From contig JAUSEV010000034.1 of NCBI GenBank assembly GCA_030649995.1, positions 19,482 through 83,481 of the forward strand: a DNA stretch of 64,000 nt, read 5' to 3'. Below are positions 46,243 through 55,473 of this stretch, piece after piece; position 1 is the stretch's first letter; every line of letters begins with the position of its first letter. Source of the stretch: Candidatus Uhrbacteria bacterium. GTDB lineage: Bacteria > Patescibacteriota > Patescibacteriia > 2-12-FULL-60-25. The position numbers and the translations under genes were made by a program. Under the pieces are notes generated by a model, which was given only the letters and a program-made list of their open reading frames with translations, ran no database searches and was not told the DNA's origin.

Positions 46243-47889
46243 TTAGCAGGGCGGGGATCCGTCCATCATCACCGTGGGCTTCTTGCCCCCGCTGACGACA
46301 TCCGGACAGACGGTCGAGGAGTTGACGAACTCCTTCCCCCGCAGCTTCACGCTCTTGAAACGCGTGACGACCGGCGTCCTGTCCGCCATCTGGTTCCAGT
46401 TCGCGTAGGCACCGTTGCAGACGGTGGAGTAGTACAGGAACCCGCCCCAGGTGTTGTCGATCACGATCGAAAGCGGCTGACCGGGGAGCGAACGCTTTTC
46501 CCCGTTGGGCCCGAAGGCGACCACGATGAGCTGGTTGCCACACGCCACCTGATCCACCGCCTCCGCTTCGATGTACAGCGTCTGCGGAGGGGGTGGCGCC
46601 ATGCACTGACCGGCCGTGCACGTCTGACCCTGCGGGCAGACGTTGCCGCACGCCCCACAGTTCGAGGCGTTCGTTTGGGTGTCGAAGCAGCTTCCGTTGC
46701 AGCGGGTCTGACCCTGCGGACACGACACGACACACTTGCCGTTCTCGCACGTGAACCCGTTGAAGCACCAGTTGTTGCACGCCCCACAGTTGTACTTGTC
46801 GGTGAGGACGTCGGTTTCACAGCCGGTGGTCTCGTCCCAGTCACAGTCACCGAAGTTCTGGAAACAGGTGACCGAGCACAGGCCTTTCCCGCAGGCGGGG
46901 GTGCTGTTCTGGCGGATCGGGCACACCGTGGCGCAGTCGCCGCAGTGCTTCGGGTCGTTGGTCAGGTTGACCTCGCACCCGTTGCCAAGCTTGTCGCCGT
47001 CGCAGTCCGAGAAGCCCTCCTTGCAGCTCCCGTTGCAGAACGTCTGACAGGTTACCGAGGCCATGTTGGAGCTCGAGCAGGCCGCGTTGCATCCGCCGCA
47101 GTGGCGCGGGTCGTGAACGACGTCCACGCACGCGTTCCCGTTGCAGATGATCGACGGCTTCCCGCACTGCACCTCGCACATGCCCGCCGAGCAGACTTCA
47201 CCCGGCTGACAGCGCTTGGCGCACCCGCCGCAGTTGTTCGCGTCGGACAGGGTGTTGGTGCACTTGCCGAGGCAGAAGAGCTCCCCGACGAAGCAGGAAC
47301 ACGCGCCGTTCGAACAGGTCTGGCCGCCGCCGCAGGCCTTGCCGCACCCACCGCAGTTCGACGAGTCCGAGGACGTGTCGATGCACTTGCTGGCGCAGAG
47401 GGTCATGCCACACGGCGGGATCAGGTCGGGCGAAGCCGCCGGGGTGCTGTCGACCATCGAGAGGAGATCCGGCATGGTCGAAACGACGAGATCCGGCGAA
47501 GGCGCGGTGCTGGAATCGACCATCGAGACACCGCCGTCGCTGGCGGTCGAACCGTCGAGCGAGGTGGTGGTGCCGGCGTCCAGCGGGTTGGTGCACGTGT
47601 TGTTGAGACACGTGCCGGACAGGCAGTCGCTGCCGTGGAGGCAGGACAGGCCCGCGCCGCACTGGACGCAGAAGATGCCGCCGCAGTCGATGGCCGTCTC
47701 GTTGCCGTCCTTCTGCCCATTCTGGGCGCAGAAGTCCGGAGGAGCGCACGAGTTGTTCTTGCAGAAGCCGCTCTTGCAGTCGTCCGAGACGTTGCAGTTG
47801 ACGCCGATCTCGCCCTTGTCGATGTTGCAGCCGGTGAGGGTGGTGCCGAGCAGGAACGCGATGCCGAGAGTGGTGATGAGCTTCTTCAT
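46243..47889 (-). CDS. Cys-rich lipoprotein (tandem NCGxCGxxC and DCxSGxC modules)
   Basis: Lipobox LTGC. AAGGAGG RBS. Very G+C-rich. At least 8 repeats of the (N/H)CGxCxxxCxxGxxCxxGxC type. Confidence 0.75.
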   Translation of the reverse strand: MKKLITTLGIAFLLGTTLTGCNIDKGEIGVNCNVSDDCKSGFCKNNSCAPPDFCAQNGQKDGNETAIDCGGIFCVQCGAGLSCLHGSDCLSGTCLNNTCTNPLDAGTTTSLDGSTASDGGVSMVDSSTAPSPDLVVSTMPDLLSMVDSTPAASPDLIPPCGMTLCASKCIDTSSDSSNCGGCGKACGGGQTCSNGACSCFVGELFCLGKCTNTLSDANNCGGCAKRCQPGEVCSAGMCEVQCGKPSIICNGNACVDVVHDPRHCGGCNAACSSSNMASVTCQTFCNGSCKEGFSDCDGDKLGNGCEVNLTNDPKHCGDCATVCPIRQNSTPACGKGLCSVTCFQNFGDCDWDETTGCETDVLTDKYNCGACNNWCFNGFTCENGKCVVSCPQGQTRCNGSCFDTQTNASNCGACGNVCPQGQTCTAGQCMAPPPPQTLYIEAEAVDQVACGNQLIVVAFGPNGEKRSLPGQPLSIVIDNTWGGFLYYSTVCNGAYANWNQMADRTPVVTRFKSVKLRGKEFVNSSTVCPDVVSGGKKPTVMMDGSPPC

Positions 47890-48168
47890 GGTCTCCTCCT
47901 TAGTGGGAGATGGTCCGGGCTCCCTCGCCCGGCACTTTTACCGGACGAAGATGTAGCCACGGGACCATCCCGCGCCACATGGAACACAGATTGCTTTTCT
48001 TACTGATCAAATTGTCTAAGCTACATGAGGCCTCCAAATAAGTTGGGGGCTTTCCTGAATTGATCTTGTGATGAAGGTCAGCTCGGGAAAAGACGGAGGG
48101 TTTTGCTTGCGCATAACCCTGCCGTCGAGTAGTCGAATCGAAGAACGAAGTGAGGAGTGGCGAACGAG

Positions 48169-49413
48169 CTACCACTTGAAGTTGATCGGTCGGATCGTGA
48201 TCACCATCTCCGCCATGCTGTCCTTCCTGGGGATCTGACCCGGGGTTTCGCCGCAGCGAGCCCAGGACAGATACAGGAAGTCCGCCGAAGCTTGCACGGA
48301 GAAACCCTTGCCCATGCTGGCTTTGATGATCGGCCCTCCACCGATGGCCCAGGCCGTGGCCGTGGGACAACGATCGGACTTGAAGTCCGGACGGACATCG
48401 AGTGAGAACTTCCCCTCGACACCAACCTCGAGCCAGGCCATCTTCGGAGCAACTTCCTCGAATGAAATCAGGAACTCCGGACCGAGCTCCAGATTCAGCA
48501 GACCCTTGTCGCTGACCCCGAAGCCGACACGGCCGAACACCCGCAGAGGAACCTGACCATCCAACACGGTTCCTCCGAGAACGAAGGATGCGACGTACGA
48601 GGTACCTTCGAACTTCAAACCGCGGAAATCGAGGTTGACTCCCAAGCCGAAGCCCATGAGCAACTCCCTGCCGGAGTCCGAAGTCGAACTCGAACTCGTG
48701 GCCACGGCATCGCGCCCCGGAGGACCCATGGGACCCTCCGGACCTACGGGACCGATCGGACCGACTTCGCCCTGCTCACCCTTGTCACCCTTGGGACCGC
48801 TTCCATTGGTGCCGCTCTGTTCGAGCGCCGCGAGGCGAGTGCGAATGCCGTCGAGCTCAGCGAGCAACTGGTCGAGTCCGTTCTTGATGCCAGTGAGCTT
48901 CGCGTAGTCTCCTGCCGTGAGCCCGGTCGTTTCGAAGTTGGCCGAACTCGTGATCGACGAAGTGCTACTCTTCTCGACCTTTTCCTTCAGCGCGATGAAC
49001 TCACGCTGAAGCCGATCGAACTCCGCCGGAGGCACCATCTTGAGATTCCTGTAGGCCTTCTGCAGATCGGCGATCTTTTGCCGCAGCTGGCCATACGATT
49101 CACCACACTTGTCGGTGCAACCGGAATCGGCGACGACCGGCGAAACGGGACGAACGGGCAGCGGCGGGGGCGGCACGCAGTAATTGACGAGGCACTGCTT
49201 GCGCTCCTCTATCAACTGTGCGAGCCGGATCCCGTACTCCTTCTCTCCGAGAGAGGCGTGCTGCCGAAGCAGCTCTGTGAGCTGACGGTCGTGGACTTTC
49301 TCACAGCTCGTTCGGTTGTCGCTCGTCGAACCGTCCGGCGACGACTGCGCCGCGGCCGGCAGGCTGATCGTGAAGAACATGAAGGCGAAGATGAGCCGGT
49401 AAATGTTCCGCAT
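48169..49413 (-). CDS. Secreted coiled-coil / collagen-like (GXY)x10 protein with a C-terminal beta-barrel-like domain
   Basis: Signal peptide ending AAAQ. GPKGDKGEQGEVGPIGPVGPEGPMGPPGRD. Amphipathic beta-strand pattern ending ..PINFKW. GGAGG RBS before the ATG at 49413. Confidence 0.7.
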   Translation of the reverse strand: MRNIYRLIFAFMFFTISLPAAAQSSPDGSTSDNRTSCEKVHDRQLTELLRQHASLGEKEYGIRLAQLIEERKQCLVNYCVPPPPLPVRPVSPVVADSGCTDKCGESYGQLRQKIADLQKAYRNLKMVPPAEFDRLQREFIALKEKVEKSSTSSITSSANFETTGLTAGDYAKLTGIKNGLDQLLAELDGIRTRLAALEQSGTNGSGPKGDKGEQGEVGPIGPVGPEGPMGPPGRDAVATSSSSTSDSGRELLMGFGLGVNLDFRGLKFEGTSYVASFVLGGTVLDGQVPLRVFGRVGFGVSDKGLLNLELGPEFLISFEEVAPKMAWLEVGVEGKFSLDVRPDFKSDRCPTATAWAIGGGPIIKASMGKGFSVQASADFLYLSWARCGETPGQIPRKDSMAEMVITIRPINFKW

Positions 49414-49821
49414 GGGAACCTCCATTTGGAGCCCCTCTTGCGGGGCCAGTTGAACTTCGAAAATGATTCACCGGACACCGTGTCCGGATTTTTTCTTTTC
49501 TTCTTTCATCGATTCAAAATGTAATGTCCAATCCAATTCTGGTTACCCAGACCGGATCTAAAGCCGTCCCGTTTTGGCTTGAGAAGAGGAGGAATCCCCC
49601 AAACCCAGGCGGAACGGCTTTAAATCCCATCTTTTATATAACATCCACAAACACCATACGCCTATGTAATGAACGAACTAAAGTATCATAAAGATCGATT
49701 TTTGTCAAGAGCCCTTTGCCGGCCCTTTGCCGGCACCGCTTGACCTTAGCGAAATATCAAAAAATTGGCTATTTTAGCCAAAATTTTGGACTATGGCAGG
49801 TGCTGTCCTAACAACCTCGCC

Positions 49822-50439
49822 CTATTCTTCTCGTTCCGATCCTCGCAACAGAAGCCAGATGACCCCAAAAAGAAATCCGACCAATAAACCGAACAAACCA
49901 TTCAAAACAAAATCCGGTTTCACAAACCAACGCGAATTGAGCGGCGCGTCAATGACCTGCACGCGGACATTTGACCCAAAATAATTTGGGGCTTCCAACG
50001 CCAGCTCGCGAGCGGCCGCGTCAACGATAATGCGAGCCTGTTCCGGATTGGGATGGTACGCCGTTACCGTCATGATTCCCGTGCCCGGAGTGACCGATGT
50101 GACGATGGTGCGTCTCCAAGCTCGACGACGCAGAGAATCGTCAGAGGAAAAATAGGCCGCATCAAATCCTTGAGCTTGATTGAGCGTGTTGGCATAAAAC
50201 GTCGTTGTATAGACAAGTTCCGACAGACTGCTCGCTATGCGTTCGGTGGACTTGAGCGCCGTGTACGGATCGAGTCCGGTCGCGTTTAATTGAGTGATGA
50301 AGACTCGCACCGTGGAAGAATATTGCAGCGGCGAAGCCAAAGAGAATAGCAGCACGAGCAACGCGCCGGCTACCGCCATGCCGATCACAAAACGCCATGA
50401 ACGAATCAGGAAACCGATAGAGAGAGATGATCTGGACAT
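49822..50439 (-). CDS. Wzz/chain-length-determinant-like protein (two TM helices)
   Basis: N- and C-terminal TM helices flank a soluble domain. Confidence 0.45.
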   Translation of the reverse strand: MSRSSLSIGFLIRSWRFVIGMAVAGALLVLLFSLASPLQYSSTVRVFITQLNATGLDPYTALKSTERIASSLSELVYTTTFYANTLNQAQGFDAAYFSSDDSLRRRAWRRTIVTSVTPGTGIMTVTAYHPNPEQARIIVDAAARELALEAPNYFGSNVRVQVIDAPLNSRWFVKPDFVLNGLFGLLVGFLFGVIWLLLRGSEREE

Positions 50440-50450
50440 AGGGAGGAAGC

Positions 50451-50529
50451 GAGATAATGGATAATAGAGATAAGAGATAAGAGATAAGAGATAAGAAAAA
50501 AGAATGGAGAATGGAGAATAAGAAATAGA
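50451..50529. repeat. Heptamer arrays (GAGATAA)xN then (GAATGGA)-type units
   Basis: gagataa tggataa .. gagataa x4 gaaaaaa gaatgga x2 gaataag. Confidence 0.85.
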
Positions 50530-50535
50530 AGAAAA

Positions 50536-51615
50536 TTATTTTAATGGTTCACTGGTCATGACCGAACCCAGGGTGACGGTCGCTTGAAAGGATTTACCCT
50601 TTCGTTGACCATACACCGTTACGTTTGCTCCCGGTGAATAATCCAATAAATATTCTCCCACGTCCGCCGTCCCGTCTAGGGTATCACGTTCGATCCGTTC
50701 GATCACGTCGCCCTCATGGAGAATGTTCGCCGCAGGGCCGGAAGCATCAACGGAAGCGACACGGGACGCATCCGCTATTTGAACTCCCAAAGACGCGTGT
50801 CTGATTCGTTGCGTCGAGAGTAAAGAAGACAACGCCCCTGAAAGATTGCTCCCCGGCAAAACGCTCCACCCTTCTCCTGATTTTGTCACCAAGAGACCCA
50901 CCAAACGGCCATCGCCGTCCCATGCCGCCCCTCCTCCGAACCGTTGATTCGAAGATCCGGAGATGATGAACCGCCGCGTCGCCCGTTCGCTTGGCCTTGC
51001 TTGAGTTCGACGGCCGCCTTCAACGCTCACGATCACCTCCGGATACAAATATTTTGATCTCGGCTCAAGCCACACCGCCATACCGGAAACAACATCTTGC
51101 GCATGAACGAATGTTGCGACAGGCAACTCACGCGCGTCAATCTTAAAAAAAGTCACGTCCGTGGCGCTGTCACGCACCGCTTGAATAACGGGAAAGGCTC
51201 GACCATTCCACATCACGCCAATATCTTTTACACGCATACCCTTAAAAACTCCCGACGGGGTCACGAACCAACCATCGGAACTCACCGCAAACGCGAAGCC
51301 CCTTTCCCGATCAGTCCCCACGATTTCCTCGGCGGTGATAGACCCACCGACTCCACCGCGATTCCAGAGCAACGCAACCGGTGACAAACGGCGAGAAAGA
51401 AATGCGGAAGGATACGAGGGAGTGATGGGTCGCCGCTCAACCGGTATGATTTTTGTCGCCGGACTCTCCTTGGCTCCGGAAACAAATCGATCCACTTTGA
51501 GAGACATTTGATCAAGTCGCGGCAAAAACATCCATCGCGTCATAAGCGACGCGCCCAAAACCCCTCCTCCAATGCCGATCAGAAGAAGGCCAAAAATCAT
51601 TCCCGCAAATCGCAT
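50536..51615 (-). CDS. HtrA-like trypsin-fold plus PDZ protein lacking the catalytic His and Ser
   Basis: Family-like layout, but TPSGVF replaces TNxHV and RFGGGAAWD replaces GNSGGPL. Confidence 0.5.
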   Translation of the reverse strand: MRFAGMIFGLLLIGIGGGVLGASLMTRWMFLPRLDQMSLKVDRFVSGAKESPATKIIPVERRPITPSYPSAFLSRRLSPVALLWNRGGVGGSITAEEIVGTDRERGFAFAVSSDGWFVTPSGVFKGMRVKDIGVMWNGRAFPVIQAVRDSATDVTFFKIDARELPVATFVHAQDVVSGMAVWLEPRSKYLYPEVIVSVEGGRRTQARPSERATRRFIISGSSNQRFGGGAAWDGDGRLVGLLVTKSGEGWSVLPGSNLSGALSSLLSTQRIRHASLGVQIADASRVASVDASGPAANILHEGDVIERIERDTLDGTADVGEYLLDYSPGANVTVYGQRKGKSFQATVTLGSVMTSEPLK

Positions 51616-51626
51616 AAATAGGTTAT

Positions 51627-51746
51627 AGGGTGATTAAAAAGGATGAGATACGAAGCGCTGGAGCGAGGAGAAACCGGAGACGTATGCGGCATACGTTGAG
51701 GATTTTTCCGAGTGAAGCGCGAGTAGATCGCCTTTTTCATCACCCT
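51627..51746. repeat. 16-bp inverted repeat pair flanking ~88 nt (MITE-like)
   Basis: AGGGTGATTAAAAAGG at 51627-51642 and CCTTTTTCATCACCCT at 51731-51746. Internal hairpin ACGTATGCGGCATACGT. Confidence 0.55.
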
Positions 51747-51747
51747 C

Positions 51748-52512
51748 TTATATCCAACGCGCACTGATCAGAATAACCAAAAAACACACCGATGCCAACA
51801 CGGATTCACTCCAAGCGACGCGACGAGCGGGTTGCGGTTGGTAGAGATATCGACGAAAACGCAGAGGTACGAATAGCAGAAAGGCCGCCAAAGCCCCTTG
51901 CGCAAACATACTTAAAGGCAAAACCCATTCAAGAATTCCGATATGCGCGCCCACGAGCCCTCCAAGCGCGCTCCAACGAAGACGGTGAACGCGTGAGGCG
52001 GTCGGATGAGCGGTAAAGAAAAAAAGCGCCGCGCCAAAAATACAAAAAGCGCCGGTGATGATCCACCAAGGAAGACGCAAACCCACATTCAATCCATTCA
52101 GAGATGCGGCGAAAAAAAGAGTTGCCACCGGAACCAGAGCGATATTAAAACGAGAAAGTCCGTTGACGGGATAACGGGCCGGCGCATGAATCAACAAAAA
52201 TAATAATTCAAGAATAAAATAAGGAATGCCGATAAACAGGGCGGTCAAAACAAGACGGCCGAAAAAAGAACCGACTACGAGAAACCCCAATCCTAAAGAC
52301 AAGAGGGTGATAAAAAACGGAATGAGTTTATCCAACGCATCACGCCAAGAAAGGTGGCGCCAAACTAAAATAAATGAGGCAAACACGACCCATACGCCAA
52401 ACCAAACCAATGGCCAAGGATAATTTAATGGATGAACCCATTGCCACAGCGCCGCGAGGAAAGAAAAAAAAGCCGTAATGGCCGGAATGATGCGAAGAAA
52501 CAACAAAGTCAT
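51748..52512 (-). CDS. Hypothetical polytopic membrane protein
   Basis: ATGA overlap with the upstream AI-2E gene stop. Multiple TM helices. Confidence 0.55.
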   Translation of the reverse strand: MTLLFLRIIPAITAFFSFLAALWQWVHPLNYPWPLVWFGVWVVFASFILVWRHLSWRDALDKLIPFFITLLSLGLGFLVVGSFFGRLVLTALFIGIPYFILELLFLLIHAPARYPVNGLSRFNIALVPVATLFFAASLNGLNVGLRLPWWIITGAFCIFGAALFFFTAHPTASRVHRLRWSALGGLVGAHIGILEWVLPLSMFAQGALAAFLLFVPLRFRRYLYQPQPARRVAWSESVLASVCFLVILISARWI

Positions 52513-53591
52513 ACCCCCCCATGTTCTCGGCGAAAACGCATCCCCTCTGACCAAGCCACGGAAATGGCCGTGGCCACGGGAATAGCAAAAATGGCTCCAA
52601 CAACGCCGAACAGCTTGGCGCCGATCATAAAAGCCACGATGCTCACAATGGGATTTAAGCCGACGACTTTTTGCATCACTTTTGGGACAATCACATTATT
52701 CTCGAGCTGCTGAATAATCACAATCAAAATCAAAACCACAACGGCTTTAAGCGGCGAATCGGAAAGCGCCAAATAAATGGCCGGTACGGCGGCAATAAAC
52801 GGCCCCACATAAGGAATAAATTCCAACAATCCTCCCAAGATCGCAAGCAAAAGGGCATATGGCACGCCAATAAGAGAAAAACCGATGAAATACAGAGTGC
52901 CAATGATCAGTCCCAACACCAACTGACCGCGTAACCACGATCCCAATTTATCGATGATGCTCCAACCGGCTTGAACGGCGAATTCGTGATAGCGAAGAGG
53001 AACGATATTTAAAAAAAGTTTTCGAACCGCCTCATCTTCCACGATCAAATAAAAAGAGAGAACGAGAACGATGATGAATCCGGCAATGCCGCCAAACACG
53101 CTGGTCACAATGCCAAATAAACTGCCTAACGTTTTCGGAGCCGTGGCGCTCAAATTATCCAAACTCGAACGAAGATTTTGGCTAAAACCATGTCTATCGG
53201 AAAATTCTTTTAAAACGTTCGACGCGTCGTTGATCCAAGAGGCTGATCCTCCGAACGTACTCACCAAATTTTTTGACTCGGTCACGATAATCGGAATCAG
53301 GAGCGTGAGAATAAGACCAATAAGACCGAAAAATAAAAGATAAAAAATGAGCACGGCCAACCCTTTTGGAAAATGATGAGCCGCAGCCCAACGGGCAAAC
53401 GGATAAATCACGCCCGCCAATAAAATGGCGATAAAAACATACAAAACAATGTCACGAATCAACCACAAACCTCCAAGGGCGACAAAGATCCCAATAGTTT
53501 TAACAATCGTACCGGTGGAAATGGAAATGATGCGAGGAGGGAGAGGGGGCATAACGAGAGAATACCATAATCGCTCCGTGTGGAAAAGCAT
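52509..53591 (-). CDS. AI-2E (PerM/UPF0118) family transporter
   Basis: LLEFIPYVGPFIAAVPAI and surrounding TM pattern typical of the family. Confidence 0.8.
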   Translation of the reverse strand: MLFHTERLWYSLVMPPLPPRIISISTGTIVKTIGIFVALGGLWLIRDIVLYVFIAILLAGVIYPFARWAAAHHFPKGLAVLIFYLLFFGLIGLILTLLIPIIVTESKNLVSTFGGSASWINDASNVLKEFSDRHGFSQNLRSSLDNLSATAPKTLGSLFGIVTSVFGGIAGFIIVLVLSFYLIVEDEAVRKLFLNIVPLRYHEFAVQAGWSIIDKLGSWLRGQLVLGLIIGTLYFIGFSLIGVPYALLLAILGGLLEFIPYVGPFIAAVPAIYLALSDSPLKAVVVLILIVIIQQLENNVIVPKVMQKVVGLNPIVSIVAFMIGAKLFGVVGAIFAIPVATAISVAWSEGMRFRREHGGV

Positions 53592-53630
53592 CTGTATAAT
53601 GACCGCCTTTTATGTTGTAATAACCCACGC

Positions 53631-54074
53631 ATGAAACCCTACGCCGAAAATCGTAAAGCTCATCACCAATATGAAATCCTCAAAAAGTTTGAGGGAGGGT
53701 TAGCGTTGACCGGCGCGGAAGCAAAAAGCGTTCGAGAGGGTGGCGCCAAGCTTGATGGAGCTTATGTGCAAATTTTTCAAGGGGAGTTATGGCTCGTTGG
53801 GGCGCATGTTCGAGCTTACAGCAAACAAGGACAGCGCGACGGCTATGATCCCAACCGACGACGCAAGGTCTTGGTTCATAAGAAAGAACTGCATGCGCTT
53901 GCCGGTCAAACACAACAAAAAGGCTTGACACTTGTGCCTCTTACGTTCTATCCTGTTGGCCGACGCATCAAGGTGTCTTTTGCCCTCTGTCGCGGAAGAA
54001 AAGTCCACGATAAACGGGAACAACTCAAAAAAAGAGATATTGAGCGCCAATTAAAAAGAGAGGTCGGAAGCTAG
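53631..54074 (+). CDS. smpB: SsrA-binding protein
   Basis: NRKAHHQYEI..GLALTGAEAKS..LLVHKKEL pattern. Followed by ssrA. Confidence 0.95.
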   Translation: MKPYAENRKAHHQYEILKKFEGGLALTGAEAKSVREGGAKLDGAYVQIFQGELWLVGAHVRAYSKQGQRDGYDPNRRRKVLVHKKELHALAGQTQQKGLTLVPLTFYPVGRRIKVSFALCRGRKVHDKREQLKKRDIERQLKREVGS

Positions 54075-54127
54075 AAGCTGGAAGCTTGATCTAAATTCCA
54101 AATTCTAAATTCCAACTTCTACCCAGT

Positions 54128-54549
54128 GGGGATGAATCAGCATCGACGACGAACCTTTCACCATCATGCAAGCCGAGGGCGTTGGTCACCTCGTAAATCT
54201 CACCGACACAATGACAACTGCCAACGTCATTTCAAAAGTGAAGAACTTCATCGCTTCGGTGATGCAAGTTCCGACCTTTGCTCCGGCCCTCGCTTAAACG
54301 CGATTGTTGCCGGACCGATCCCCTCTTTGGCGTCTCAACGAAGAGGATCGATCGTCATACATTGAGGCTTGATCTCGCATCCGTTCTCGATTGCGAGATG
54401 ACAGGCCACGAGAACTGGCGCTTCCATGCCTCGTCCGTTCCCTGAAGGTGGCGTAAGATTCCGCCGAAAGGCGGATTGAGCGGTCTAAGCTTGTGAATGA
54501 ATGCGGGTTGAGTTTCGCTCGGACGGGGGTGCGATACCCCCCATCTCCA
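54128..54549 (+). ncRNA. ssrA: tmRNA
   Basis: 5' GGGGATGA pairs with 3' CATCTCC-A including the G3-U pair. T-arm GGGGGTGCGATACCCCC. Tag frame ends ..QVPTFAPALA-TAA. CCA is not encoded. Confidence 0.85.
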
Positions 54550-54638
54550 TAGTAAAATAAGCTTCTTAGCCTTTAGCTTCTTAGCTTGTTAGTTCAAATC
54601 TAAGAAGCTAAAAAGCTGACGCCTAAGAAGCTGATCTC

Positions 54639-55199
54639 ATGCGTATCCACCATCGCCGCCGCGGCGGCTATCAAAAAAGAGAACAGGGACCCGTGTATCG
54701 AGCCAATGAAGCGATCCTCGTTCCGGAGGTTCGGGTCATTGATGAAGAAAACAAATTTCTTGGCGTGATGCCGACCTCGGAAGCCTTAACGACCGCGCGC
54801 GAACGCGGGTATGATCTCGTGGAAGTTTCACCCAAAGAAGTTCCGCCCGTATGCAAACTGATTGATTTTGGACAATTCAAATATCAAAAAGAAAAAGAAA
54901 TGCGCGTACAAAAAGCGCGAGCGAAAAAAGTCGATGTCAAGGGCATTCGGCTGTCGGTCAAAATGAGCCAGCATGATATTGACACCCGACAGAATCAAGC
55001 CGTAGAATTTTTGGCTGATGGAGACAAGCTAAAAATAGAAATGATGTTGCGCGGTCGGGAAAAAGAGCATGGAGATTTGGCCACCAAACGTATTCAAGCA
55101 TTTCTCGCTCAACTGGAAAAAACTTATCCCCTCATTGTTGAACAGCCTATCGCGCGTAACGGCGGGAACGTCTCCACCATCGTCGGCCGTAAATCATGA
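54639..55199 (+). CDS. infC: Translation initiation factor IF-3
   Basis: RANEAILVPEVRVIDEE..YDLVEVSP..VCKLIDFGQFKY. Confidence 0.9.
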   Translation: MRIHHRRRGGYQKREQGPVYRANEAILVPEVRVIDEENKFLGVMPTSEALTTARERGYDLVEVSPKEVPPVCKLIDFGQFKYQKEKEMRVQKARAKKVDVKGIRLSVKMSQHDIDTRQNQAVEFLADGDKLKIEMMLRGREKEHGDLATKRIQAFLAQLEKTYPLIVEQPIARNGGNVSTIVGRKS

Positions 55200-55266
55200 A
55201 ATATCAGACCTTAGGCGCTAGGCTCTAGCTAGAGTCTAATACCTAGAGCCTAAAGCCTAATATCAT

Positions 55267-55464
55267 ATGAAACTCAAAACCCACAAAACCGTCGCCAAAC
55301 GCTTGATCGTTACAAAGAGCGGAAAATTGCTCAAGCGACATGGCGGCCAAGACCATTTTAACAGTCGCGATTCCGGAACGATCACCCGCAAAAAACGTCG
55401 CGATCAAACCGTGAACGCCTCGTACGTCAGAACCCTTAAATCGCTCATGCCACATCACAAGTAA
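55267..55464 (+). CDS. rpmI: Ribosomal protein L35
   Basis: MKLKTHKTVAKRL.. Confidence 0.9.
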   Translation: MKLKTHKTVAKRLIVTKSGKLLKRHGGQDHFNSRDSGTITRKKRRDQTVNASYVRTLKSLMPHHK

Positions 55465-55473
55465 ATAGGAATT

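Noticed and set aside
46675-48006. Long antisense ORFs in G+C-rich genes (443 aa at 46675-48006, 436 aa at 60626-61936, 204 aa at 1873-2487, 246 aa at 47216-47956 and others)
   Set aside because: These are shadow ORFs typical of high-G+C coding DNA, with Arg/Ala/Gly-rich nonsense composition. The opposite strand carries the RBS, signal peptide or lipobox and the domain motifs.
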